Shown one piece after another: positions 8,727 to 17,712 of a stretch of 64,000 nucleotides of DNA. A program made the position numbers and the translations under genes. Positions within the stretch are counted from its first letter, which is position 1; each line of letters starts with the position of its first letter. The DNA is from a virus. Where the stretch lies: positions 2,286 through 66,285 of the IMG/VR virus record IMGVR_UViG_3300047094_002183, one strand, 5' to 3'. The notes beneath the pieces were generated by a model. The model was not told the DNA's origin and ran no database searches. It saw only the letters and a list, made by a program, of their open reading frames with translations.

Positions 8727-10361
8727 TCACGGGGATAAATCAGGCGCCACGTCAATCGTGATCGTGTTCGCGGTGGCAGAAAGGTCTGCGCCGGTGCTCT
8801 CTGTGCCGCCGTCGTCTTGCACTCGGAACGTGAAATGCGAGTAATTCATAATGGTTTCGAGAGGCGTATAAATCAACCGCGCCAGATCGCCGGCTGGGAT
8901 TAGATCGCCGACGGCTACGGGCACGTTGTCCAGTGTAAGTGTCCCCGTTGCTGGCAACGCTGTAATTGTTACTGTGAGCGGATCTGTTAGCGCGCCGTTA
9001 TTGGGTAATTGGAACGTAAACCCGGCAAAATTTTCTGTTTCGTATTGCGCGTTGTACTTTAACGATGCAATTTCCGCTGCTAAAATTGTTTGATTGCTTA
9101 CGACGGGTACGTTGTTGTGCGTCAACAATCCTGTCGCGGGCAATGTTACAATTTTTACGGCTATAAAATTGTTTGGCGGACTGTCATTGCCGTCTGCAAA
9201 TTCGAAATCGGCGGCTGTAAAAGCATAATCCCGGGTTTTTGACACGGTTATTGTTCTATTCGCGCTGGTCGGCGCGTCGTTTACGCTGACTACATCCAAC
9301 GTCAGCGTGTTTACGGTAGGCGAAATACTTACGCCGTCGTTTTCCGTACCGCCGTCGTCTTGCACTCGAAACGTAAAATTTGCGTAATTCAATCCGTAAG
9401 CGTTTGCTGCCGGCACGAACACAAATTTATTAGCTACGATATCATTGGCCGTAATTATTTGCGGAACGACAATAGCGCTGTTGTCGAGTTTTAATTCGCC
9501 GCTGCCAGCAGTCGTCAAAATTGTTACGAGCAAAAGGTTGTTTGGCGGATTGTCGTTTACATCTGTTAACCCAAAATCGCTAATTTTAAACGTATAGCTG
9601 CTGTCTTCTAGCAGCGTAATAGTTTTATCTGTTCCTGTCGGCGCGTCATTTACTGGCGTTACGTCAAACGTTATTCTGTTTGGCGTGTCGTCGATGTCAC
9701 TTCCGCCGCGGGCTAAGACGTCGGGGTCTAGCCCCTGAAAACCGTCGTCTTGCACTTGGAACAGGAAGCTTGCGTAGTTTACGCCGTTTGCGTTTAAAGC
9801 CGGCCGGAATACCAATGAAGAAATACTGTTTGCCGGAATAAAATCGCCGGCAACAACGGCGACATTGTTGAAACGCAATGTACCTGCGGCAGGCAACGTT
9901 GTGATTTTTACAGCAAAAAATGTATTTGGCGGCGCGTCATCTGGGTCTGTGAAACCAAAGTCGCTGGCGCTGAATATGTAATCGCTGTCTTCTTGTATTG
10001 CGATAACCGCATTTGTTCCCGATGGCGGATGGTTGATTGGCGGGCAGATCGGTCCATTCGGGAATTTGCGTAGTAACTTGATACGCACCTGCGTTAGATT
10101 TCGCATTGCGCGATCGAGCAGGCGGACAGCTGTGCGGCCGTCGCCGCCGGCACTTGACAGTTTAAAGATCAAAAAAGCAAACAGTATGTCGCCATTGTGC
10201 AGAATGTTTTCGCCGCCTACACGGGCAATATAAGTTGCAAATTGTTCGTCGCCGACTGGCGCGGGCAATAAAATCGGATTTCCGCCGTCCGGCAGCAAGT
10301 CAAGACCCGCGACGTACCACGTATAAATTTCACCGACAGTAAACTGCTGGATAATAGGCAT
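8727..10361 (-). CDS. cadherin-like/Ig-like repeat protein with a distinct N-terminal domain
   Basis: About three repeats with EDS.Y.F...DF, ITTLPA.G.L, F.F.VQDDG and V..VNDAPT motifs. Confidence 0.8.
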   Translation of the reverse strand: MPIIQQFTVGEIYTWYVAGLDLLPDGGNPILLPAPVGDEQFATYIARVGGENILHNGDILFAFLIFKLSSAGGDGRTAVRLLDRAMRNLTQVRIKLLRKFPNGPICPPINHPPSGTNAVIAIQEDSDYIFSASDFGFTDPDDAPPNTFFAVKITTLPAAGTLRFNNVAVVAGDFIPANSISSLVFRPALNANGVNYASFLFQVQDDGFQGLDPDVLARGGSDIDDTPNRITFDVTPVNDAPTGTDKTITLLEDSSYTFKISDFGLTDVNDNPPNNLLLVTILTTAGSGELKLDNSAIVVPQIITANDIVANKFVFVPAANAYGLNYANFTFRVQDDGGTENDGVSISPTVNTLTLDVVSVNDAPTSANRTITVSKTRDYAFTAADFEFADGNDSPPNNFIAVKIVTLPATGLLTHNNVPVVSNQTILAAEIASLKYNAQYETENFAGFTFQLPNNGALTDPLTVTITALPATGTLTLDNVPVAVGDLIPAGDLARLIYTPLETIMNYSHFTFRVQDDGGTESTGADLSATANTITIDVAPDLSP

Positions 10362-10405
10362 TATGTATCACATACTCCACCGGCACATGTTTTTGCCGCG
10401 CCGGG

Positions 10406-10657
10406 TTATTCGCACTCTGTGTTATTAAAATCCTGATTGACCTGTTGTTCTTGCCGCGTTAGTTTGCGCTTGGGAAACTTGTCAGAGTGGCATACATAGC
10501 AGCGGCTCTGGCGGCAGCCCGAACAGCGCCACGTTTTACGGAAGCGGCCTACGTCTGGAACGAACTTGTCGTTCTGCGGGCCAAGATAGCCGCCGAGCTG
10601 TTTATACATCTTTACGCGATGTTCAATGATATGCTTTTCTTCGTGGTAACGCTGCAT
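10406..10657 (-). CDS. hypothetical Cys-rich basic protein
   Basis: 83 aa with CSGC...CYVCH, a possible zinc site. Confidence 0.6.
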   Translation of the reverse strand: MQRYHEEKHIIEHRVKMYKQLGGYLGPQNDKFVPDVGRFRKTWRCSGCRQSRCYVCHSDKFPKRKLTRQEQQVNQDFNNTECE

Positions 10658-11100
10658 TAGGTGACCTCACAAAGTAAGACGGTTTTACATCCGCATTGTT
10701 TGGCAATGTTTACGACATTCGTTGCGTAAACCGATACGGGGTTTTCGCGTTTTAGGGCGCCGGCGGTAATCAGCGCCTGTAGGCCCAGTCGCGCAAACCC
10801 ACGACTCCGCAGTTCTGGGTCGACAAAGCATTCTATGGTTTGTGCCGTAATTGTCTCGCCCTTGAATTTTTCGGGCCATGGGCGGGTGCCGACCCAGCCC
10901 GCGAGCATGCCGTTGCACCAGACAAGCGCGATGGCCATTTCGGGGTGCGGGCCCGGCGTGGGCGTGACGTAGCGTTTTTCCAGCTCTTTTTGAATCGAGC
11001 TGTCGCTTTTGGAGTCCGGCCACGACAGGCGCGTATAGATAGCCGAAACGTCGATGGTCCCGAGCTTATTGATATCTTTGACGATAATCCGAAAATCCAT
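10657..11100 (-). CDS. GNAT-family acetyltransferase-like protein
   Basis: Start re-called at ATG 11100 (GGAGG Shine-Dalgarno; the longer ORF would overlap the tRNA). Motif A: FVDPELRSRGFARL. Confidence 0.7.
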   Translation of the reverse strand: MDFRIIVKDINKLGTIDVSAIYTRLSWPDSKSDSSIQKELEKRYVTPTPGPHPEMAIALVWCNGMLAGWVGTRPWPEKFKGETITAQTIECFVDPELRSRGFARLGLQALITAGALKRENPVSVYATNVVNIAKQCGCKTVLLCEVT

Positions 11101-11136
11101 GGCAAGTCCTCCGCGACTTACCACAAATTTTAACAA

Positions 11137-11209
11137 AGCCAGTGGCCGGGAACGATCCGGCGACATTTTGTTTACAAAACAAACGCTCTACCAACTGAGC
11201 TACACTGGC
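11137..11209 (-). tRNA. tRNA-Thr(UGU), CCA not encoded
   Basis: Cloverleaf: GCCAGTG/CACTGGC acceptor, GCTC/GAGC D stem, TTTGT/ACAAA anticodon stem with loop TT-TGT-AA, and GCCGG/CCGGC T stem with loop ATCGTTC. Confidence 0.9.
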
Positions 11210-11216
11210 AGTCTTT

Positions 11217-11678
11217 TTACGTGAGCGCTGCAGCCTCCGGCCAATAGTATGGCAGATCTACAGGTTCTTGCCAGCCAAATTTTGAGTAGTACGCGTAGTC
11301 TTTACGCAGCAGGTTGCTTCTGTGCGATGCGTGAAATCTGCGGCTGCCGATCCACGGCGGATAGTGATTGTGTACCACGAGCGGTCGCAACCGCGCATAC
11401 GCTGCCATGAATTCCGGGTGCAGGTTGTCGTTGAAGCCGCGTGAAATCCACTCACGGCAAATGACGGCGGCGTATACGACTAACGCCAGCTCGTGCCCGG
11501 TCCACATTTTTACGGCCGGATGATTGCGCCAGCGAGATACGTAGGGCTCGTGTTGTCCGATGCCCACGCCAAGCGCTAATAAGATTTGTTTACATTCGAC
11601 TCGTTGTTTACCCAACCTTTTGTTATCAAGACAGCGCGCCGACTTGCGAAAGCTGGCGTGCGGTAAAAACGTTTGCAT
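11217..11678 (-). CDS. pyrimidine-dimer DNA glycosylase / MSMEG_6728-like protein
   Basis: MQTFLP, LDNKRLGKQRVEC.QIL, WRNHPAVKMW and FHASHRSNLLRKD motifs. Confidence 0.85.
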   Translation of the reverse strand: MQTFLPHASFRKSARCLDNKRLGKQRVECKQILLALGVGIGQHEPYVSRWRNHPAVKMWTGHELALVVYAAVICREWISRGFNDNLHPEFMAAYARLRPLVVHNHYPPWIGSRRFHASHRSNLLRKDYAYYSKFGWQEPVDLPYYWPEAAALT

Positions 11679-11686
11679 AGCTCCTT

Positions 11687-12001
11687 CTATTCGTCATCGG
11701 TGTACTCGTCGTCATCTGCGTCATAATCGTCTTCGTAAGCCGCGTCGTCATCATCGTCTAGTGCGTCATCGTCTTCGACATCGTCGACCCATTCTTCTGC
11801 TTCTTCAAACATTTCGTCGTCGTCGTCATCGATGTAGAAATTTACTTTTGGTTTAACCTCAGTAATATTGCTGTCATCATCATCGTCATTGTTGTCGTCA
11901 ACGAAATGCCACTCTTCTTCGATAAAATCATCATCGAGACCGTCGTCGTGACGACTGTGGACGTTTTTACACGTTAACGACAGAGCCGATGATTGATGCA
12001 T
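11687..12001 (-). CDS. highly acidic low-complexity protein
   Basis: 104-aa ORF dominated by D/E, filling the gap between two genes. Confidence 0.5.
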   Translation of the reverse strand: MHQSSALSLTCKNVHSRHDDGLDDDFIEEEWHFVDDNNDDDDDSNITEVKPKVNFYIDDDDDEMFEEAEEWVDDVEDDDALDDDDDAAYEDDYDADDDEYTDDE

Positions 12002-12002
12002 G

Positions 12003-14627
12003 TTAGCCTATCTCGCGCACAATGGAGTTAGTATTTCGCCAAAACTGATCACACCAAGCTGTATTTACAAGAATTCCGTTTGCACCGTGTATGACTTCTT
12101 CGCCGGCAAAGAGGCCGGCGGCGAGTAATAAGTCTACAATTATTAGCCAATTTGGGGCAGTGGTACGTTCGGTATAAAAATAACGGTCAATTGCGCGTTG
12201 GTTTAGCCACCAGTTATCTTTGCGCCGGAGCACGTAATTTTGAGGCTGATCTTTGCGTCTTGGCCGCGGCAAAACCGCCAATTTTTCGGCCTGTATTGCG
12301 GTATTTAGCTCGGTTAACAAGGCAACATGCGCCAGTTCTGGCGTGAGCAGCTGATTCTGGGCGCACGACAGCTGAAATGACGCTTCATATGTCTGCGTCA
12401 GCCACTCGTGCAGATCGCGAATAACGGCGCGCGTAAATGACTCGTCTTGGGCGGCGAGCCGCATTCTGTTGCGCAAAGACCGTTGGATGTACGCCGGTAG
12501 AATGTGCTGGAATACAGAGAAATCGGTGTTAGCCGGCGGCGCCGTGCCCTGAATGATCTGCCAGTTATATCCCGGCGCTACAGCAGCGGACATCGCCGTC
12601 AGGCGCGACAGCAGCGGGCGATTATGGCATTTCACGATAGATGAGTTGAACGTGGCGTCATTGAACTCGCTGGACGCAAACAGCGGCCAGTCTAACTCGT
12701 GTGTAGAATCAGTCAGTTGTTTGCTGACGTGGTTTTTTTGCATCATCGACAAGCGCAGGTGCCGGCAGCCAAGCGCCCCGCCAAGTTTGGCCGCGACAGC
12801 GAAATTTTCTCCGATAATACCTGTCGCAATGTTATCTTTACGCAATATGGGCGCCAGCAGATTTGTGGCCACGGCAGCGACCACATTCCAGACAAATGCG
12901 TTTTCGTAACTGGGCGTTAAAAACTGTCTGATAGCTGGAGGACCCACAAGGGTTGGTCGCGGAAAAATGATCCTATTTTTTCTCGTGACGCCAGCCGTTG
13001 TGTCTGTCGCGCAACCAAAACTGTCGATAGCGTAATCGGCAAATCTGAATACGGAGTTGCGGTCATCCCACCCCATGCGACTAGAGACAACCACCAGCTC
13101 TGGTTGATGCAGCTGTATAGCAAGCAAATGACTGCGACGATTCCATGCTCGGTCAAATACGATGAGTTTTCCGCTCGATGCAGCTGTCGCGGCGGCATAC
13201 GCTAGCAGGCCCATGTTTTCAATAGTTTGCGCGCTGTCTACGAAATCTATAGCAATGTCGTCGACGTATATTTTGCCGACATAGCTTCTGTCACCTGTAT
13301 CCGACTGCACAATTTTTTCAATAACAACACGCGCAGAACAGACTTGATGCCCGATGTGGTTCCACCAGCCATTTTCTTTTTCTATGACAATCCAGCGCCG
13401 GTGGGCTTTGGTTGGCGCCGCAGGCGTGACAGACACAGAGTTAAGTACGCGCGTCACAAAACCGGGTGAAAATTGCGTATCCGTTTTTTTAAAAAACAGG
13501 TTCAACTTTTCGTGCGGCACCAGCAACCGCGAGGCGAACGAATACGCGGCGACTTCGCTCATGCCGTGTAATGTGTGTTGTAAGCTCGTTTGCCACGTTT
13601 CCGCGTGTTTATGAATGTTGGCGAGTTGCTCTAAGATCGGGTTGGGGCTTTTTGTTTTATGCGTGAGAGGCGTAACGCAGACATACCCTTTGGCTGCGCA
13701 CGCGCGACTGATTAACTCTGGCGTAATTGCGCTGCCATGAAACAACCGCGGGATAACCGGAAACGCCTGCCAACTTGTGCCGTAACTGTTCGCCTCTGTG
13801 CCGTTATAGCTGGACATAATAGGCAGAAGGTTTAAGCCGCGCTTTAATTGTGTGCACTGCGCGCTGAGCGCCCAAAACGGGTCGTCAACAATGAATTGTG
13901 CGCCGCGGAGTGCTGTAGGGGCGGCACGCAACGCGCTATGCAGTAAAAAATAACCGGCGTCGGGGCGTTGCCGACGATATCCGGTTGTTGGCACAAACGT
14001 TGACTTGGACGTGAAATCATCGGCGTATTGCACAAGTAAGACGCCGGTAAGACGGCCGGGCAGATCGTAAAACGGGAATACAAGCGTTGCGCCGTTTTCT
14101 CGTAATTTTGTCGGTTTTGCCCTGCCCAGAGCTGCGCATAGTTTTACTACCTGATCTTTGTGCGCAACGCCGACAAGCCCGGACGCATTGATCTCGTGAT
14201 ATACGCCCAATTCGCGCAATCGGCACGCGATAACGTCGTCGCCGTGATTCCATATTTGTGCCTCGGCGTCGAACCAAAAGCTCTCGATGGCGTGCTGCCG
14301 ACTAAGCGTACGTTCGTAATCGCCGGCTAAATGGTCTTTTTCGCCTTGATTTACCAGTCCCAGCTCGGCAAATTTCTTTAACGTGCTGGGCAGGCTTGTA
14401 TTCCATATCGCCGCTCCAAACGTTATGATATCTCCATGGGCGGCGCACGCATTACAGTGCAGCCATATGCCGTCCGTAATGGTGTCGTCAAACAAATGTA
14501 ACGTGTTTTGTTGACATAACGGACAGGAAACCACCGCCGGGAAAGATGGATTTTCCGGTGCCACGCCTAAAGCCGACAAGGCGTTTATGTGGTGATGTCG
14601 GCGGACTAAACAGGTAGGCAATCCCAT
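12003..14627 (-). CDS. large primase-related protein (N-terminal zinc finger, degenerate catalytic motifs)
   Basis: CPLC...HCNAC zinc motif with GDIITF, and LVFPFYDLPGRLTG resembling the DnaG core; 874 aa. Confidence 0.55.
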   Translation of the reverse strand: MGLPTCLVRRHHHINALSALGVAPENPSFPAVVSCPLCQQNTLHLFDDTITDGIWLHCNACAAHGDIITFGAAIWNTSLPSTLKKFAELGLVNQGEKDHLAGDYERTLSRQHAIESFWFDAEAQIWNHGDDVIACRLRELGVYHEINASGLVGVAHKDQVVKLCAALGRAKPTKLRENGATLVFPFYDLPGRLTGVLLVQYADDFTSKSTFVPTTGYRRQRPDAGYFLLHSALRAAPTALRGAQFIVDDPFWALSAQCTQLKRGLNLLPIMSSYNGTEANSYGTSWQAFPVIPRLFHGSAITPELISRACAAKGYVCVTPLTHKTKSPNPILEQLANIHKHAETWQTSLQHTLHGMSEVAAYSFASRLLVPHEKLNLFFKKTDTQFSPGFVTRVLNSVSVTPAAPTKAHRRWIVIEKENGWWNHIGHQVCSARVVIEKIVQSDTGDRSYVGKIYVDDIAIDFVDSAQTIENMGLLAYAAATAASSGKLIVFDRAWNRRSHLLAIQLHQPELVVVSSRMGWDDRNSVFRFADYAIDSFGCATDTTAGVTRKNRIIFPRPTLVGPPAIRQFLTPSYENAFVWNVVAAVATNLLAPILRKDNIATGIIGENFAVAAKLGGALGCRHLRLSMMQKNHVSKQLTDSTHELDWPLFASSEFNDATFNSSIVKCHNRPLLSRLTAMSAAVAPGYNWQIIQGTAPPANTDFSVFQHILPAYIQRSLRNRMRLAAQDESFTRAVIRDLHEWLTQTYEASFQLSCAQNQLLTPELAHVALLTELNTAIQAEKLAVLPRPRRKDQPQNYVLRRKDNWWLNQRAIDRYFYTERTTAPNWLIIVDLLLAAGLFAGEEVIHGANGILVNTAWCDQFWRNTNSIVREIG

Positions 14628-15798
14628 GACAGATATCCCGCTCGATCAGGCACACGACGTCAGTGGTCGCGAGACACACCGGTTAACAACCCTGCACCCG
14701 AGCCCCGATTTCGTCAAGGCGGCATCGCAGGATCGGCTGCAAGGCGACGAAACCCTGCCGCGCCATCTGTACGCTGATCAGAACAATAAACTTTACCCGT
14801 GCCATACTGCGGCTGCAACATGGATGTCTGCGTTGTTTTTCAACGACAAGCAGGCCCAGTTTAACAAAGTTGCTTCGGAATACATTCGTACACGCATCCA
14901 GCTAGCCGCCGAGTATTTCGGTATTGCCGGGCTGGTGGGCGATCTGGAAGAGAAGATGGCAGCCGAAGTTGGTCAGACTTTAGACCAGCTGCCTGATTCT
15001 GAGTTTGCCATTGTCTGGGGTAGCGACACGGGCAAAGAACGCCACTGGCCCCTGCGCAACGCCAACGAGGTCAAGTTCGCCGCGGCTAGCTTTAAGCAGT
15101 ACCGGGACGAGTTTGTGTTTGACGACCGGCACACGATTGCGAACAAGATCCTCGAAAAAGCTGCGCAGTACGGCGCCGACGTGAGTGACGCCGGCGGCAC
15201 GCTGGAACTGGCCGCGGGCCAAGGTGCCTGCGCCGCCAAGGTTGCCAGCCAAATGCTCAAAGACCGCGTACGGCTTACCGCCCGCCAGCACGGCGATCTG
15301 GCGGCTGAGTTGTCCAAGTTGGCCGAGATTGTCGACCAGAACCCGGAAAAAGCCCGGGAGGTCGATACTCGACTGAAGTTGGCGAGCGCGGTCGATAATT
15401 TTGATAAGAATACCGGCCTGTATCGGCTGTACGACGCCGGCGGGCTGGCCCGGCCTGAAGAAGTCCTGTTCGCGATCACCGAGAAGGTGGCGCGTGACTT
15501 CCTTGATCAGAACGTTGAGACGACCACGGGTAACGTGTACGCGCTTGACGATCTGGAGAAGCTGGCCGTGGAAGACGTCCGCGAGTGGCTGGGCGACGAC
15601 TTTGCCGACGCTGTCAGCGCCGGCGGCGTTTACATGGACCGCGACAAGCTGGCCGAGATTGTGCCCACGCTTGATCGTGGCATGGCGTCCACGCTTGACC
15701 GACTTATGTCGGAGAAGACCGCCGGCGCTGTCGTGAAGTCGGCGTCGTTTGAAGGGCTGCTGCCGCTGGCCAAGCTCCATGAGCTGGCGAACGGTTAG
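14626..15798 (+). CDS. hypothetical protein with recurrent K-x-A motifs (candidate processed head/internal protein)
   Basis: 390-aa ORF with natural composition; 14 of 22 lysines are in K-x-A. Confidence 0.8.
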   Translation: MTDIPLDQAHDVSGRETHRLTTLHPSPDFVKAASQDRLQGDETLPRHLYADQNNKLYPCHTAAATWMSALFFNDKQAQFNKVASEYIRTRIQLAAEYFGIAGLVGDLEEKMAAEVGQTLDQLPDSEFAIVWGSDTGKERHWPLRNANEVKFAAASFKQYRDEFVFDDRHTIANKILEKAAQYGADVSDAGGTLELAAGQGACAAKVASQMLKDRVRLTARQHGDLAAELSKLAEIVDQNPEKAREVDTRLKLASAVDNFDKNTGLYRLYDAGGLARPEEVLFAITEKVARDFLDQNVETTTGNVYALDDLEKLAVEDVREWLGDDFADAVSAGGVYMDRDKLAEIVPTLDRGMASTLDRLMSEKTAGAVVKSASFEGLLPLAKLHELANG

Positions 15799-15980
15799 TC
15801 ATCATCGTCGCTGTCCGGGCCCATGTCTTTCAGGTCGTCGATGACCTGCCAGCCAAGTTCTACACTGCGGTCTTCAACATGCTTGCGGCTAGCGCCGGCA
15901 AGCTCTTCTGGCGTCCAGATAATAACTGCGTAACCGCGACTTCGCAGTTCCGCAACGACTTCTTTTTCTTCTGGCGTCAT
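15795..15980 (-). CDS. small hypothetical protein
   Basis: 61 aa, ATGA-coupled to the upstream gene; LR..GYAV..WTPEEL.G motif. Confidence 0.65.
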   Translation of the reverse strand: MTPEEKEVVAELRSRGYAVIIWTPEELAGASRKHVEDRSVELGWQVIDDLKDMGPDSDDDD

Positions 15981-16396
15981 TGCTTTGGCCCTCTAACAAA
16001 CTTCGCTAGACAACGTTCTAGCGTTTCGCGTATTACAGTTCCGCGCTCGGGTTCGTTTTCTGGCAACGTTACAAGAGCGCCCGGATCAATATTTTGAGAC
16101 GTCAGCGTTTGCCCCGTTTGCCCCGTCAAGGTTACAAAATCTTCCATGGCTTCTTTGATATAACTGTTCATCAGCGCGCGCAAATATTCGCGATCTTTGA
16201 GCGCAAAATTATTCTCGGCCATAACTGTCTCTGCCGCAATTGCGTACGCTACAACTTTTACAAGCCAGTTTTTAGCGTCAGATACAGCCGAACGATTGTC
16301 TTCGACATACTCTGCCCACGCGTCGTAATCGTCTCTGTCTTGCTGTGATTCATATGGAATATTCGGGTCTTCAGGGAGTCTGTCGTTCCACCCCAT
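15977..16396 (-). CDS. hypothetical protein
   Basis: 139-aa ATG ORF in a packed run. Confidence 0.6.
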   Translation of the reverse strand: MGWNDRLPEDPNIPYESQQDRDDYDAWAEYVEDNRSAVSDAKNWLVKVVAYAIAAETVMAENNFALKDREYLRALMNSYIKEAMEDFVTLTGQTGQTLTSQNIDPGALVTLPENEPERGTVIRETLERCLAKFVRGPKQ

Positions 16397-16571
16397 GCTT
16401 GCGTTGCTTTCTTTGTTCGGCGGCGACTACTTCACCGCGCAGGATTGATACGGCCTCCGGTGCCGTAAAGCCGAGCTTCACACGATCTCCGCAGATTTCG
16501 AGAACCCGCACTACGACAATCCGGTCGCCAATGATGATCTCTTCTTCCTTCTTCCGAGATAGCACCAACAC
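16371..16571 (-). CDS. csrA: carbon storage regulator CsrA/RsmA homolog
   Basis: MLVLSRK.EE.IIIGD.I...V....GDRVKLGF.AP..V.ILR.E; GTG start with a GAGG Shine-Dalgarno. Confidence 0.9.
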   Translation of the reverse strand: MLVLSRKKEEEIIIGDRIVVVRVLEICGDRVKLGFTAPEAVSILRGEVVAAEQRKQRKHGVERQTP

Positions 16572-16595
16572 GACAACCTCTTTTCAGCGTTACCG

Positions 16596-17264
16596 CTATT
16601 TGTGAACATTTTGCAGCATTTCAACGACATGCTGCGTGCTGCCATTTTTTAAATGCAGCGCGGCCATTTGCTCTGCTAACAACTTGGTCTTTATTCGAAT
16701 GGTGTTATTGATATCTTCTGTCTTGCCTGTTTCGAGGTCGTAGACAGCGTTAAACATTTCCGGGTCGTCCGAGAAGTCCGTGATGTTTTTCGATACGCGA
16801 TTTGTGCGCAGAGCAATCCGCAGGATATCGGGCGGATTAATAATGCCCTCGCTGTCCAGCACGGCACCGATGTACCCGCGGATCTCGTCTGTAAACGGTT
16901 CCGGGTCTTTTTCGTCCGGCGGTTCGATCAGCAGGGCCTCGGTAATACCCCATGCGATTTCTTCAGCGTCGGCCGGGTCCCACATATCCGGGCGGTATGT
17001 GTCATCGCCCAGCACGTTGCAGAACGAGATGAAGTCTGGCAGATTCTTGAAGAACCGGTCGGTGGTCAGGATCTGAATGCAGACGATAAGCTTATCTAGC
17101 GAACTCTGGCTCAGCTTGACGTTGAACTCTTCTTCGATCTCCAGCGCAATAGTCGCCGGGTCCCATTCCAGCCCCTCCATGCCGAAGCGGTCAAGAAACA
17201 ACGTCAGAAGCACGCTGCCAAATGTTTCCCGACTCGTCCACGCTATTTGCATTAGGTTTGACAT
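16596..17264 (-). CDS. conserved hypothetical phage protein
   Basis: 222-aa ORF with globular composition (EWDP.TI..EIEE.F motif). Confidence 0.75.
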   Translation of the reverse strand: MSNLMQIAWTSRETFGSVLLTLFLDRFGMEGLEWDPATIALEIEEEFNVKLSQSSLDKLIVCIQILTTDRFFKNLPDFISFCNVLGDDTYRPDMWDPADAEEIAWGITEALLIEPPDEKDPEPFTDEIRGYIGAVLDSEGIINPPDILRIALRTNRVSKNITDFSDDPEMFNAVYDLETGKTEDINNTIRIKTKLLAEQMAALHLKNGSTQHVVEMLQNVHK

Positions 17265-17712
17265 GCATCCCTGCTCTTTTCTCGATCTGCAGTACGCCCC
17301 GGCGGTACAGCTCTCCTAGATTATACGCAATCGTCTCCATGGGAGGATGCGGAAGTGTCGTAACCTGTTCGCCCGTTTGGAGATCGGTAAAACCCGTGTG
17401 GCCGGTCCACGTGCAATATCGGTTATCGGCAAACACAAGCTGCTTTAGGCACGTGTCGCAACTGCCGTCAAACAGCGGCGCGATGTTTGCGAGGATGAGT
17501 GCCCGCTGTTCCGGCTGCAGGAACCCCAGCCGATGCAGCATGTCCGCAGCGAGCAGGATAAAAATAACATTAACCGGCAGCGGGTCGGTTTCAGCCGGCA
17601 ACTCCGCGCTGAGAATGGTGTTAAAAATAGACCGGATTTGTAGCTTGCTTAACTCTACAACGCGCATTACCATATTCAGCGTAAGGCTCTTTTTTTCACC
17701 GGAGGTTTCCAT
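17191..17712 (-). CDS. hypothetical protein
   Basis: Start re-called at ATG 17712 (alternative 17721); the upstream extension is antisense to a + strand gene. Confidence 0.6.
   Translation of the reverse strand: METSGEKKSLTLNMVMRVVELSKLQIRSIFNTILSAELPAETDPLPVNVIFILLAADMLHRLGFLQPEQRALILANIAPLFDGSCDTCLKQLVFADNRYCTWTGHTGFTDLQTGEQVTTLPHPPMETIAYNLGELYRRGVLQIEKRAGMHVKPNANSVDESGNIWQRASDVVS

Noticed and set aside
11101-11166. N-terminal extension of the GNAT ORF in the ORF track
   Set aside because: It overlaps the tRNA; ATG 11100 has a GGAGG Shine-Dalgarno.
14973-15780. - strand ORFs of 168 and 266 aa
   Set aside because: They are antisense to the 390-aa + strand gene and have unnatural composition.
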